Positions 37,871-48,383 are shown, counted from the first letter of the stretch. The stretch: DNA of 64,000 bases from Xanthobacteraceae bacterium (GCA_031291445.1 JARLJA010000004.1:2754-66753), one strand, 5' to 3'. The notes: a model not told the origin generated them from the letters alone. Made by a program: numbers and translations.

Positions 37871-37908
37871 CCCCCCACCCCGGCCCTCCCCCACAAGGGG
37901 GGAGGGAG
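37871..37908. repeat. REP-like palindrome (ccccaccccggccctccccc-acaa-gggggaggg family)
   Basis: GC hairpin, roughly inverted relative to the related element at 37772-37800. Confidence 0.6.
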
Positions 37909-38011
37909 TGTGCAACCTCGCTCCTCTCGGGCGGACTGAGATGTCCAATAGGCTCGCGCCCGGCGCTGCACGGCGGACAACGACTCTGTCATCCGCCGCT
38001 TCGCTCTTGTC

Positions 38012-39130
38012 TCAGCAGAAATGCGCGCCCTGGGTCTCGACATAGACCGCGTACAGCGACTGGCTCGCCGTCATGAACAGCCGGTTGCGCTTGGCGCCGC
38101 CGAAGCAGACATTGGCGCAGATTTCCGGCAGCTTGATCTGGCCGATGCGGACGCCGTCGGGCGCGAAGATGTGCACGCCGTCGTAGCCCTCCCCGACCCA
38201 GCCGGCGCCGACCCAGATGTTGCCGTCGGTGTCGACACGCAGGCCGTCGGCGAAGCCGGACCGGCCGTCGAGCGCCATGTCGATGAACGGCTTCGGATTC
38301 GACAGCTTGGTGCCGTCGAGATCGTAACTCCAGATCACGTTCTTGGCGGCGGGATAGTGGGTGATGCCGGTGTCGCAGACATAGACCTTCTTGTAGTCAT
38401 GGCTGAAGGCGATGCCGTTGGGCTTGAACGGCTCGTCGGCGACCTTGGTGACCTGGCCGGACTGCGGGTCGAGCCGATACACCGCCTCCTTCTGGTAGGG
38501 CTGCACCGAGCCGGTGTTGGCGCGCTGGCCCTCGTAATAGCCGAGCGCGCCATAACCCGGATCGGTGAACCAGATCGACTTGTCGTTGGGATGGACGATG
38601 ATGTCGTTGGGCCCGTTGAGCTGCTTGCCGCCGGCCTGTTCGGCCAGCACCGTGGTGCTGCCGTCGTGCTCGTAGCGCACCACATGGGTGCGCTGGCAGG
38701 CCAGCTGCCGGCCCTCGGTGTCGAAGGTGTTGCCGTTGGCCTCGTTGGACGGAAAATGAAACCGCTCGGAAATGTGATTGTCGTCATCGATGAAGCGGAG
38801 CTGGCGGTTGTTGGGGATGTCGCTCCAGACCAGATAGCGGCCCTGCGCGTTCCATGCCGGCCCCTCGGCCCACAGGCAGCCGGTGAACAGCCGCTGGATC
38901 GGGGTGTTGCCGACCTTGGCCTTGAAGCGCTTATCCATGACGACGATGTCGGGATCGGGATAGCGCTGCGGCTCGTGGCCGCGGCCGAAGTCGCGCCCGA
39001 ACGCCGCCGTCGGCGCCAAGCTGGCGGCGGCGAGCGCCGCAGTGGTCTGCAACAGGCGTCGCCGATCCATGCGACCGGGCGCCGCGCTGCCGCGGGCGGA
39101 CGGATCGAGAGTCTCGTGCTGGCTGGTCAT
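38012..39130 (-). CDS. SMP-30/gluconolactonase family protein with a Tat signal
   Basis: DRRRLL twin-Arg; WAEGPAW, WSDIP, NGPND, PNGIAFS, ADGLRVD. Confidence 0.9.
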   Translation of the reverse strand: MTSQHETLDPSARGSAAPGRMDRRRLLQTTAALAAASLAPTAAFGRDFGRGHEPQRYPDPDIVVMDKRFKAKVGNTPIQRLFTGCLWAEGPAWNAQGRYLVWSDIPNNRQLRFIDDDNHISERFHFPSNEANGNTFDTEGRQLACQRTHVVRYEHDGSTTVLAEQAGGKQLNGPNDIIVHPNDKSIWFTDPGYGALGYYEGQRANTGSVQPYQKEAVYRLDPQSGQVTKVADEPFKPNGIAFSHDYKKVYVCDTGITHYPAAKNVIWSYDLDGTKLSNPKPFIDMALDGRSGFADGLRVDTDGNIWVGAGWVGEGYDGVHIFAPDGVRIGQIKLPEICANVCFGGAKRNRLFMTASQSLYAVYVETQGAHFC

Positions 39131-39494
39131 GGGGTTTCCTCTCCCTAGCGCTGTTTTTCGCAGATGTTTTTTGCAGCTATTGGTGCACCGCCAGGCGCGT
39201 CCCCGCGTTCGCAGACCAGGAAGGTCTGCGCCCGTGGAAATCGCATTGTCATCTCAGCACTTTTTACCCGGCGACCGGCGCGGTCCATCATTCGAGACGT
39301 TGCCGCGATCAACCCGATACCACAGGTTGCAGATCCCGTCACTTCACATGGGCTCGTGTTGCGAAGCAGCGAACTCCAACCGGCGACATCGTCTCGCGGT
39401 GAGGTGAACATGAGGTTGCGCCAAAACTGCGGCACGGCTGGCGCATGTCTTGCACACACCCATGAGGCGCCTGCCGCGCCCCGGAGAGACCATC

Positions 39495-39797
39495 ATGACC
39501 GATCTCAACATGCCGCTGTCGGGTCCAGTCATCCAGACCTTCCCCTGGACCAACAACTTCACCATCAATCTCGGACAGTCGTCAGACCCGGCCATCGAGA
39601 AAGATGCCCTGACTGTCGCCAGCTACGGAAAACAGCTGGGCCGGATCGGTGAGGCCTTGATCGTGCTCCTCAACCATCTCGAGCTTGGCGACTTGTCGCC
39701 GGATGAAGACGCGGCGATCTGCGACCTGAAATCGATGCTGCGCGAGATCGCCGGCAAGAAGGCGAAGCACGGCGCCAAGCTGGTCCTCCGACCATGA
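39495..39797 (+). CDS. Hypothetical protein (100 aa)
   Basis: ggag RBS; host-like codon usage; SYGKQLGRIGEALIVLL. Confidence 0.65.
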   Translation: MTDLNMPLSGPVIQTFPWTNNFTINLGQSSDPAIEKDALTVASYGKQLGRIGEALIVLLNHLELGDLSPDEDAAICDLKSMLREIAGKKAKHGAKLVLRP

Positions 39798-39799
39798 CG

Positions 39800-39961
39800 C
39801 CGGCGCTGCCCTCTCGCAACGGGCGCCGCGCGCTGGCTCGACCGGCCTTCCCGGCTATTCGCCGCTCGCCCGGACGCGCCGCGCTGTCGAGCGACGGCGG
39901 CGACGGCGCGGGACGCGCCCCCGCCCTGCAGCACCAGGGCCGTTCGTGCCGGATGTGCCAT
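39800..39961 (-). pseudogene. Patatin-like phospholipase relic (N-terminus only)
   Basis: ggaggg RBS plus MAHPARTALVLQGGGA, the patatin Gly-rich loop; no GxSxG or DGG follows. Confidence 0.5.
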
Positions 39962-40160
39962 GTCGCCCTCCGTCGCAGCCGCAGACAATCTGGGGCGCGA
40001 ATGTCAAATCCACCCCACGACCGAGATCTGTCAATTCCGATTTCTCGTAATAGGCGAACCGGGCGCAAGCGCTGAAAACCAGGTCGTCGCCTGGCGTAAT
40101 TTTGGAAATACCCGCTGCGTCCCCGCGCGGCGCGGCGGCGCTCAACCATATTCGGAGCCC

Positions 40161-41924
40161 ATGATGGAGAACCACGAGTTTGAGATCGGTCTGGTGATGG
40201 CCGGCGCGATTTCAGCGGGCGCCTATTCCGCTGGCGTGATCGATTTCTTCGTCGAAGCGCTCGACAAATACTACGAAGCCAGGAAACGCTCCGACTGGAC
40301 GGGGCCGACGCACGATGTGCGAATCCCGATCGTCGCCGGAGCATCGGCCGGGGGGATGACCGCGGCGATCACGGCGCTTCACGCCTTTCATGACCTCGTG
40401 CCCGCGCAACCGCAATCCGCCCCGCCGCCGAAGGCGGCCAATCGACTATACTCGAGCTGGGTCACGGACATTTCTATCGAGCGGCTGCTGGAGATCAGCG
40501 ATCTCACCAATCCGAAGGCGCACGTCCCCTCCGGTCTATGCAGCGACGTACTCGGTCAGATCGTCGACAGCGCCTTTGCGATGCAGGGCGCCGTTCGGGA
40601 ACGGCCCTGGGTAGGACGGGGGACCGACCACTCCCTGCGCGTGCGGTTTACCCTCACCAACGTGCGCGGCATCCCCTACTCGTTCAAGGTCTTCGGAGCG
40701 GACTCGCCAGAGCGCTTTGGCATGACCGATCACGGCGACTATCTCGACTTCAGCGTCGGCATGCCGGGATCGGCCGCGGGCGGAGCGCTGGCGCTCGACA
40801 TTCGCGACACCAGCCAACCGGCGTGGGATCTTTTCAAGACCGGTGCGCTTGCCACCGGAGCGTTTCCGATTGGCTTGGCCGCCCGACGCATCAAGCGCCC
40901 GACCCAAGACTACGACTTCAGTCAACTGGTCGGCATGGAGGACCGCGCCGGCGTCTTCCAAACCAAGGCCCCCGATGTGTCGGTGAGCGCGGCCAATCCC
41001 TACCAATTCACCGCGATCGACGGCGGGACGATCGACAACGAGCCGCTCGAACTCGCCCGACGCTACCTGGCGGACGGGGTCGGCCACGGCGACCACGGCG
41101 GTGAGCAGGCGAAGCGCGCCATCATCCTGATTGCGCCGTTCCCGAACTACGCACGACTGCCGCCTGATGACCATCAGGATGCGCTGATCCATATCGCTCC
41201 GAAACTGCTGTCCATGCTGATCGATCAAGCGCGCTTCAAGCCCGACGAACTCGCGAAAGCGGAAGACGACACCAATTTCTCGCGATATATGATCGCTCCC
41301 ACGCGACCCGCTAACAATGCCGCCGCGCGGGAATTTCCCATTGCCAGCGGCACCATCGACGGGTTCGGCGGGTTTCTCCATGAATCCTTCCGCCGCCACG
41401 ACTATCTGCTCGGGCGCCGCAACGCGCAGGCCTTCATTCGCTGGAACCTGGCGCTTCCGGAGGACAACCAGCTTTTCGCGGCTTACAGAGCCAGCCCACA
41501 GTGGGGCCGTCGCGACGAATGGTACGTCAGAAATGTGGAGGGCGCCCAGGGCTCGATCCTGGCGGACCGAGACTACCTGCCGAAGCAGTACGCCCTGAAG
41601 GTCGACGGCCCCCCGGCGGCCAAAGGCCTTCCGATCATCCCCTTGACCGAAGACCTGAAGAAACCCATCGAGATCGCCGGGCGCGACCTTCCCAACCCCG
41701 ACGGCATCGATCTCGCCGCTCTCCGGACAGCCATCGACCGCAGAGTCGGCCCGCTGACCGAACGCCTGATCGACCTCGATCTGCGGCGCTTCACCGATGG
41801 CATGTTGTTCGGATCGGCAATTCGCTGGGCGGCGCAGCGCTACGCATCGCAACTGCTGTCGAAGAAGGCGCTCGAGTTGGCGCAAGGCGCGCGGCAGTCG
41901 GTCCGTGAGGCATTTCGGACGTAG
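40161..41924 (+). CDS. Large patatin-like phospholipase family protein (587 aa)
   Basis: AGAISAGAY loop, GASAG nucleophile elbow, DGG motif. Confidence 0.85.
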   Translation: MMENHEFEIGLVMAGAISAGAYSAGVIDFFVEALDKYYEARKRSDWTGPTHDVRIPIVAGASAGGMTAAITALHAFHDLVPAQPQSAPPPKAANRLYSSWVTDISIERLLEISDLTNPKAHVPSGLCSDVLGQIVDSAFAMQGAVRERPWVGRGTDHSLRVRFTLTNVRGIPYSFKVFGADSPERFGMTDHGDYLDFSVGMPGSAAGGALALDIRDTSQPAWDLFKTGALATGAFPIGLAARRIKRPTQDYDFSQLVGMEDRAGVFQTKAPDVSVSAANPYQFTAIDGGTIDNEPLELARRYLADGVGHGDHGGEQAKRAIILIAPFPNYARLPPDDHQDALIHIAPKLLSMLIDQARFKPDELAKAEDDTNFSRYMIAPTRPANNAAAREFPIASGTIDGFGGFLHESFRRHDYLLGRRNAQAFIRWNLALPEDNQLFAAYRASPQWGRRDEWYVRNVEGAQGSILADRDYLPKQYALKVDGPPAAKGLPIIPLTEDLKKPIEIAGRDLPNPDGIDLAALRTAIDRRVGPLTERLIDLDLRRFTDGMLFGSAIRWAAQRYASQLLSKKALELAQGARQSVREAFRT

Positions 41925-41996
41925 CAGGCTCCCTAACAAACGATGCATGATCGCACCGAGGGAGCACAACAAGGCGCTTCGAAGGCAACCGTCCGC

Positions 41997-43049
41997 CTAT
42001 TCGGACTCCCCCGGTCGTACCGCACCATCGTCCGGCAGCGGCGACGGCGCCGGGCGCGCCGCGTCGCTGAACTTCGCCGGCGTCAGCCGGGTGCGGTTGA
42101 CCGAGAGGTCGAAGACGTCGAAGCGGTTGTAGTAGCCGACCACGTCGTGGAACTGCTTCGGCTCGACGCAGCGGTTGAGGTCGATGTCGGCATAGGCGAT
42201 GCCCTCGTCGTCCTGCAGCAGGTCGCCGAGCACCTCGCCGGTCGGATCGACGAAGAAGCTCGCGGCCCGCGGCGTGCGGTCGACGACATCGGCGATGGCG
42301 GGGTCGCGCTCGACCAGGAAGGCGCGCATCGCCGCATCCATGTAGCCGGCGGTGACGATGCCGAACGCCTTGGCCTCGAAGGAATGCGCGCTGGCGCGAA
42401 TGCGGTTGGCCGCCACGTTGTTGAAATTGCCGCCGCCGTCGGGCCGGCGCGTCGGCCACATCGGCGGCCAGCTCGAGATGTGGACCTGCTCGCCCTGGGC
42501 CATCAGCGCGAAGCGCGCCAGCGGATTGGTGTTCTCGCCGCAGATCAGGCAGCCGACCCGGCCGAGGCGGGTGTCCGCCACCGCGAGCCCGGCGCCGTCG
42601 CCCGACGCCCACACCAGCTTCTCGTAGAACGTCGGCACCAGCTTGCGATGGTGGACCAGGATGTCGCCGTCCTCGCCGATCACGAGGTTCGAATTCCACA
42701 GACCCCCGGCGCTGACCGGCGAACGCTCGCTGATGCCGATCGACAGCGTCACCCGAAGCGCGCGTGCCTCGGCCCGCAGCCGCGCCACCTCCGGCCCGTC
42801 CACCAGCACCGACTGGTCCGCCATGCGCACGAACAGGTCGTGGTTATCGATCGGCGCCCACAGCGCGGCCCACACCGGAAAGGCCGGGATGTAGGTTTCC
42901 GGAAAGGCGATCAGCTCGGCGCCGGCGCGGGCCGCCTCGCGCATGATCGCCACCGCCTTCTCGGTGGTGGCGGCGCGATCGAGAAACACCGGGGCGGCGT
43001 GGACGGCGGCGGCCTTGAAGCGGGGAAGCATGGCAGGATCCAATGTCAT
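41997..43049 (-). CDS. Nitrilase (carbon-nitrogen hydrolase)
   Basis: Glu-Lys-Cys triad: FPET, HRKLVPT, LICGEN. Confidence 0.9.
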   Translation of the reverse strand: MTLDPAMLPRFKAAAVHAAPVFLDRAATTEKAVAIMREAARAGAELIAFPETYIPAFPVWAALWAPIDNHDLFVRMADQSVLVDGPEVARLRAEARALRVTLSIGISERSPVSAGGLWNSNLVIGEDGDILVHHRKLVPTFYEKLVWASGDGAGLAVADTRLGRVGCLICGENTNPLARFALMAQGEQVHISSWPPMWPTRRPDGGGNFNNVAANRIRASAHSFEAKAFGIVTAGYMDAAMRAFLVERDPAIADVVDRTPRAASFFVDPTGEVLGDLLQDDEGIAYADIDLNRCVEPKQFHDVVGYYNRFDVFDLSVNRTRLTPAKFSDAARPAPSPLPDDGAVRPGESE

Positions 43050-43138
43050 CTGAGCGATCCGACCCGTAGCATTGCGCGCTCCGGCGTGCGCACATGAATT
43101 CTCGCAAGGCCTGTTGCAGCGGATCGCAGCGCCGAATC

Positions 43139-43154
43139 TGGAACGAGAATTGCA
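43139..43154 (+). promoter_or_regulatory. Possible sigma54 promoter upstream of the LysR gene
   Basis: TGGAAC-gagaa-TTGCA: conserved GG and GC at correct spacing, one mismatch. Confidence 0.55.
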
Positions 43155-43191
43155 TCGTCTACCAATGACTTATCCGAACCATGGAGCCGCG

Positions 43192-44148
43192 ATGTTCGAC
43201 ACGCTGAACTGGGACGACCTGCGCGTCTTCGTGCACGCCGCCCGCGCCGGCAACCTGAGCCAGACCGCCAAGCGGATGCGGCTCGATCATTCCACCGTGA
43301 GCCGGCGTATCGCCCAGATGGAAGCCGCGCTCGGGGTCGCAGTGTTCGAGCGCCATCGCACCGGGCTGAAGCTCAACGAAGTCGGCGAGCGGCTGCTGCG
43401 CCACGCCGAGCGGGTCGAGAGCGCCGTGATTGCGATCCGGGAGGAAGCCAGTACCAGCGACGCCGAGGACCTGACCGGCACCGTGCGGCTGGCCACCATG
43501 GAAGGCATCGCCTCGCTCTATCTGGCGCAGCGCTTCAGCGGCCTGCGGCGCACCGCGCCACGCCTCACCGTCGAGCTCGTGACCTCGCCGCAGACGGTCT
43601 ATGTCCACAAGCGCGAGGCCGACCTGTTCGTCTCGTTCTTCCGGCCGCCAGGCCCGGGCCTGATCTCGGAGCGGATCGGCAAGTTTCAGCTCGGACTGTA
43701 TGCCAGCCAGGGCTATCTCGACACCTACGGCATGCCTGCCGGATTGCGCGAGCTCGGCAGCCATTGGTTCGTGTCCTATATCGAAGACCTGATCCAGGTG
43801 GATTCGGTGCGCTGGCTCGCCGACATCATCGAGGAGCCGCGCGTTGCCTTCCACTCCAACAGCATGATCGCCCAGGCGAATGCCGCCGCCGGCGGCCTCG
43901 GCATCGTGCTGCTGCCGAGCTTCGCCACCGCCGGCCGGCCGGACCTCATTGCCGTGCTGCCTGACGTCGCCACCACCACCCGCGAGGTCTGGCTCAACGT
44001 GCACAGCGACCTGCAATTCGCGCCGCGCATTCGCGCCGTGGGATCGTTTCTCCGGAATACCTTCCGGCAGGACCCGGCCATGCAGGTCGGCGCCAGCGGC
44101 CTGGACCATGTGCCGGAATTGCGCACGGCAGATTGCAAAATTGGGTAG
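43192..44148 (+). CDS. LysR family transcriptional regulator
   Basis: WDDLRVF...HSTVSRRIAQME HTH; READL. Confidence 0.92.
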   Translation: MFDTLNWDDLRVFVHAARAGNLSQTAKRMRLDHSTVSRRIAQMEAALGVAVFERHRTGLKLNEVGERLLRHAERVESAVIAIREEASTSDAEDLTGTVRLATMEGIASLYLAQRFSGLRRTAPRLTVELVTSPQTVYVHKREADLFVSFFRPPGPGLISERIGKFQLGLYASQGYLDTYGMPAGLRELGSHWFVSYIEDLIQVDSVRWLADIIEEPRVAFHSNSMIAQANAAAGGLGIVLLPSFATAGRPDLIAVLPDVATTTREVWLNVHSDLQFAPRIRAVGSFLRNTFRQDPAMQVGASGLDHVPELRTADCKIG

Positions 44149-44233
44149 TTCCCTTTGCCGGGGCCGCGCCGGAAGCTGATGTCCGGCAGGCCGGGCAACG
44201 GTGCGCGGCACGCAGTCTCGAGATGACGGGGGC

Positions 44234-44542
44234 ATGGTGAGCGCAGAGACCTATGGCATCGCCGAGGCGACGCCCCCCACGATGCCGCGTGGCGCCGCGC
44301 TGGCCAAAAAGCGGCTGCGGATCGCGCTGGTGCTCAGCGCCGCGATGATCGCGATTTATTTCGGTTTCATGGCGCTGTTCGCGTTCGACAAGCCCCTGCT
44401 GGGAACGATGCTGGCGCCGGGGCTGTCGCTGTGCATCGTGCTCGGCCCGCTCGTCATCATCTCCTCGTTCCTGCTCTGCCTCGTCTACGTGCTGTGGGCG
44501 AACCGGGTGTTCGATCCGGGCATCCGCGATCTCGGCGCGTAG
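44234..44542 (+). CDS. DUF485 (YjcH-like) membrane protein
   Basis: Two TM helices; YVLWANRVFD; directly upstream of actP. Confidence 0.82.
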   Translation: MVSAETYGIAEATPPTMPRGAALAKKRLRIALVLSAAMIAIYFGFMALFAFDKPLLGTMLAPGLSLCIVLGPLVIISSFLLCLVYVLWANRVFDPGIRDLGA

Positions 44543-44560
44543 CAAGAGGCACCGACCAGC

Positions 44561-46123
44561 ATGGCCAACAATTCCCTTTCCATCGGCTTCTTCTTCGCCT
44601 TCATGGCGCTGACCCTGCTCATCACGTATTGGGCGGCGCGGCGCACCCGCACCACCGAGCACTTCTTCGCCGCCGGCGGCGCCGTCACCGCGTGGCAGAA
44701 CGGCTGGGCGCTGGCCGGCGACTTCCTCAGCGCCGGCGCGTTGCTCGGCATCGCCGGTATCGTCACCTCGAACGGCTTCGACGGCATGATCTACTCGATC
44801 GGATGGCTGGTGGGCTGGCCGATCATCCTGTTCCTGATCGTCGAACCGCTGCGCAATGTCGGCAAGTTCACCTTCGCCGACGTGGTGGCCTATAGGCTCG
44901 GCCAGAAGCCGGTGCGGATGGCGGCCGCGGTGGGAACCCTCGCCGTCATCATGTTCTACCTGATCGCCCAGATGGTGGCGACCGGATCGCTGATCAAGCT
45001 GCTGTTCGGCCTGCCCTATACCTGGTCGGTGGCGCTGGTCGGCAGCGTCATGCTGGTCTACGTGCTGTTCGGCGGCATGCTCGCCACCACCTGGGTGCAG
45101 GTGGTCAAGGCGGCCCTGCTGATGGCCGGCGGGGTCGTGCTCGCGGTCCTGGTGCTGACCCATTTCGACATGAACCCGCTGAAGCTGTTCGCGGCGGCGG
45201 CGGACAAATACGGCACCAAGGTGCTGCAGCCCGGATCGCGGGTGGTGTCGGGGCAGTGGGACGCGATCTCGCTCGGGCTCGGCCTGATGTTCGGCACCGC
45301 GGCCATGCCCCATGTGCTGATGCGAATCTACACCGTCAGGGACTTCAAGGCGGCGCGGCTGTCGATCCTCTATGCCACCGGCGTGATCGGCGTCTTCCAT
45401 CTCATGGTGTTCATCATCGGCTTCGGCGCCATGGTGCTGGTCGGCCCCGAAGCGGTTGCCAAGGCCGGCGGCGGCGGCAACATGGCGGCGCCGCTGCTGG
45501 CGTTGGCAGTCGGCGGCAACGCGTTCTTCGGCTTCATCTGCGCGGTGGCGTTCGCCACCATGCTGGCGGTGGTCGCCGGACTGACGCTGTCGGGTGTCGC
45601 AACTCTCTGCCACGACGTCTGGACCAACGTGGTCCGGCACGGCAGCGCGCCCGAGGCCGAGCAGCTCAAGGTGGCGCGGATCGCCACCGTTCTGATCTCC
45701 ATTCTCGCCATCGTGCTCGGGATCGCGTTCGAGGGCCAGAACGTCGCGTTCATGGCCGGGCTGGCGTTCTCGATCGCCTGCGCCGCCAATTTCCCCTCGC
45801 TGGTGCTCGCCATCACCTGGCGCCGCTTCACCACGCCGGCGGCGGTGGCCAGCATCCTGGTCGGCACGCTGAGCTCGCTGGTGCTGATCTATCTGTCGCC
45901 GACCATCCAGGTCGACATCCTGGGCAAGCCGCTGGCGCAGATCGAGACCGCATGGTGGTTCGTGTCGCTGCGCAATCCCGCCATCATCGCCATGCCGCTG
46001 TCGTTCCTGGTCGCGATCGTGGTGTCGCTGGCGACCACGGAAGCCAACGCCAACGCCACCTTCGACGAAATGCAGCGGCGGATCCTGTTCGGGCGGGGTG
46101 CGGCGGCGGTGCGGGAGCAATAG
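44561..46123 (+). CDS. actP: Cation/acetate symporter ActP-like (SSS family)
   Basis: ALAGDFLSA, GKFTFADV, GGMLATTWVQ, GTAAMPH, AANFP. Confidence 0.9.
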   Translation: MANNSLSIGFFFAFMALTLLITYWAARRTRTTEHFFAAGGAVTAWQNGWALAGDFLSAGALLGIAGIVTSNGFDGMIYSIGWLVGWPIILFLIVEPLRNVGKFTFADVVAYRLGQKPVRMAAAVGTLAVIMFYLIAQMVATGSLIKLLFGLPYTWSVALVGSVMLVYVLFGGMLATTWVQVVKAALLMAGGVVLAVLVLTHFDMNPLKLFAAAADKYGTKVLQPGSRVVSGQWDAISLGLGLMFGTAAMPHVLMRIYTVRDFKAARLSILYATGVIGVFHLMVFIIGFGAMVLVGPEAVAKAGGGGNMAAPLLALAVGGNAFFGFICAVAFATMLAVVAGLTLSGVATLCHDVWTNVVRHGSAPEAEQLKVARIATVLISILAIVLGIAFEGQNVAFMAGLAFSIACAANFPSLVLAITWRRFTTPAAVASILVGTLSSLVLIYLSPTIQVDILGKPLAQIETAWWFVSLRNPAIIAMPLSFLVAIVVSLATTEANANATFDEMQRRILFGRGAAAVREQ

Positions 46124-46156
46124 AGCCGGTTCAAGCCGGCAAAAAAAGCCCGTCGG

Positions 46157-46954
46157 TCATGTGGATCCTGGGGGCCTGTCACTTGCAGCCAGCGCCGCGG
46201 CGATCGAGGCCTCGTCCCCCAGCATCACACCGCTCGTCTTGTGCACCAGCATTCGTTGCAAAAGGCCGAAGATCTGTTCGGCTGCGGCCGCATGGTTCAA
46301 TCCGCCGGCCCGAATGTTCGAGATGCAGTTGCGCCGTGAATCCGGCAATCCAGGCTCCGGGCCATAGGTGATGTAGACGCCCAGGCTGTCGGATGCCGAC
46401 AGCCCTGGGCGCTCGCCGACCAGAACCAGAACCGCCTTGGCGCCCAGCGCGTGACCGATCTCGTCCCCGAGCGCGACACGCGCCTGCGAGGCCAGGACCA
46501 CCGGACCGACGGAAAGACCGGCGGCATCGAAACGCGGCTTCAACACCGCCAGCAGCGGCGCCGCATTGAGCTGCACCGCCGTCGCCGACAACCCGTCGGC
46601 AACCACCGCAACGACATCGCTTGCGCTCCCAAGGGACGCGAGATGCCGGCGCGACTCCGCGCTCAGGCGACGTCCCAGATCCGGGCGCCGCAGATATTCG
46701 GCCCGCGTGGTCGCGGCGCTCACAGCCGCTTCCAGCGCGAAGCCGTGCCGTGCGATGGCCTGCGACAGCTGCCCGGCATCGAGCGCCGACCAGACGGCTT
46801 CGCGCGCACGGGCATGGTCGAGCAGAAAGCGTTGCGCCGCCCTGGTTGGAACCCCGGCGCCGGATCGCCCCAGCGCGATCCGTGCCTCGGTTCTTTCCCG
46901 CAGCGCCCGGAGCGCGCCGTGCGGCGAATGGACGGCGCGCTCGTCCTTGCTCAT
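46157..46954 (-). CDS. eutC: Ethanolamine ammonia-lyase small subunit
   Basis: ARIALGRSG, YLRRPDLGRRL, ADGLS, GERPGLS, RNCISNI. Confidence 0.93.
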   Translation of the reverse strand: MSKDERAVHSPHGALRALRERTEARIALGRSGAGVPTRAAQRFLLDHARAREAVWSALDAGQLSQAIARHGFALEAAVSAATTRAEYLRRPDLGRRLSAESRRHLASLGSASDVVAVVADGLSATAVQLNAAPLLAVLKPRFDAAGLSVGPVVLASQARVALGDEIGHALGAKAVLVLVGERPGLSASDSLGVYITYGPEPGLPDSRRNCISNIRAGGLNHAAAAEQIFGLLQRMLVHKTSGVMLGDEASIAAALAASDRPPGST

Positions 46955-48354
46955 GCCGCCTCGATGGAGGCGAGCAGCGGCAGCCGGGCAAGTGGGCCGG
47001 ACAGGAGATCCGGCTCGGATATCAGCCGCCCCTGCCGATCGGTCAGGCCAACGCGTTCGAGCCACGCCTCGAACTCCGGCGCGGGCGGCTTGCCGAGGGT
47101 TTCCCGGGCGAAGACCGCATCGTGATGAGACAGGCTCTGATAGTTCAGCATGATGTCATCCGAGCCGGGAACGGTGATGACGAAATTGACGCCGGCCGCA
47201 CACAGCGACATCAGGAGCAGGTCCATGTCCTCCTGATCGGCATCGGCATGATTGGTGTAGCAGACGTCGACCCCCATCGGCAGGCCGAGCAGCTTGCCGC
47301 AAAAATGATCCTCCAACCCGGCGCGGATGATCTGCCGGCCGTTGAAGAGATATTCCGGTCCGATGAAACCGACCACCGTATTGACCAGAAGCGGCGAAAA
47401 CTCACGCGCCACCGCATAGGCCCGCGTCTCCATGGTCTGCTGGTCGACGCCGAAATGCGCGTCCGCCGAAAGCGCGGAACCCTGGCCGGTTTCAAAATAC
47501 ATCAGGTTGCGGCCGAGCGTCCCGCGATCGAGCGACAGCCCGGCGTCGCAGGCCTCGCGCAGCACCGCGAGATCGACGCCGAACCCGGCATTGGCCTTTT
47601 GCGAGCCGGCGATCGACTGAAAGACCAGATCGACGGGGGCCTGGCGCTCGATCGCCTTGATCGCCACCGTGACATGGCCGAGGCAACAGGTCTGGGTCGG
47701 AACCTCCAACCGCTGCCGCAGGTCGTCGAGCAGCGAGACGATACGGATATAGTCGGCCAGCGTGTCGGTAGCCGGATTGACGCCGATCACCGCATCGCCC
47801 GAACCCATCAACAGGCCGTCGAGCGCCGAAATGGTGATGCCGGTCGAGTCGTCGGTCGGGTGGTTCGGCTGGTTGCGGGTCGAAAGCCGGCCGGGAAGAC
47901 CGATGGTGTTGCGAAACCGGGTGACGACATGACGCTTGGCGGCGACCGCGGTCAGATCCTGCAATCGCATGATCTTGGACACGGCGGCGACCATCTCCGG
48001 CGTCAGACCGAAGGTCAGCGCTTCGAGTTGCGGTTGGCCGATCTTCGGATCGAGCAGCCATTCACGGAAGTCGCCGACCGTCATGGAGGAGACCGGCGCG
48101 AAGGCCGCCGCGTCGTGCTGGCGCGCGATGAGGTCCGAGACCTCGTCATTCTCCGAGGGGATCAGCTCTTCCTCGAGAAACGTCTTCAACGGCAGGTCAG
48201 CGAGCGCCATCTGCGCCGCCAGCCGCTCGACCGGTCCCTCGGCGGCGATCCCGGCGAGTTGATCGCCGGATCGTTCCGGCGTCGCCTTGGCCAGCAGCGT
48301 CTTCAGATCGCCGAAGCGGAAGACGGTGTTCTCGATCGTCGTCGCATAGGCCAT
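46951..48354 (-). CDS. eutB: Ethanolamine ammonia-lyase large subunit
   Basis: RSGDQLAG, RNQPNHPTD, YFETGQGS, VVGFIGPEY, LNYQS. Confidence 0.95.
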   Translation of the reverse strand: MAYATTIENTVFRFGDLKTLLAKATPERSGDQLAGIAAEGPVERLAAQMALADLPLKTFLEEELIPSENDEVSDLIARQHDAAAFAPVSSMTVGDFREWLLDPKIGQPQLEALTFGLTPEMVAAVSKIMRLQDLTAVAAKRHVVTRFRNTIGLPGRLSTRNQPNHPTDDSTGITISALDGLLMGSGDAVIGVNPATDTLADYIRIVSLLDDLRQRLEVPTQTCCLGHVTVAIKAIERQAPVDLVFQSIAGSQKANAGFGVDLAVLREACDAGLSLDRGTLGRNLMYFETGQGSALSADAHFGVDQQTMETRAYAVAREFSPLLVNTVVGFIGPEYLFNGRQIIRAGLEDHFCGKLLGLPMGVDVCYTNHADADQEDMDLLLMSLCAAGVNFVITVPGSDDIMLNYQSLSHHDAVFARETLGKPPAPEFEAWLERVGLTDRQGRLISEPDLLSGPLARLPLLASIEAA

Positions 48355-48383
48355 CGTCGCCGCCTCTTTCGTCGCTCGCGAAT

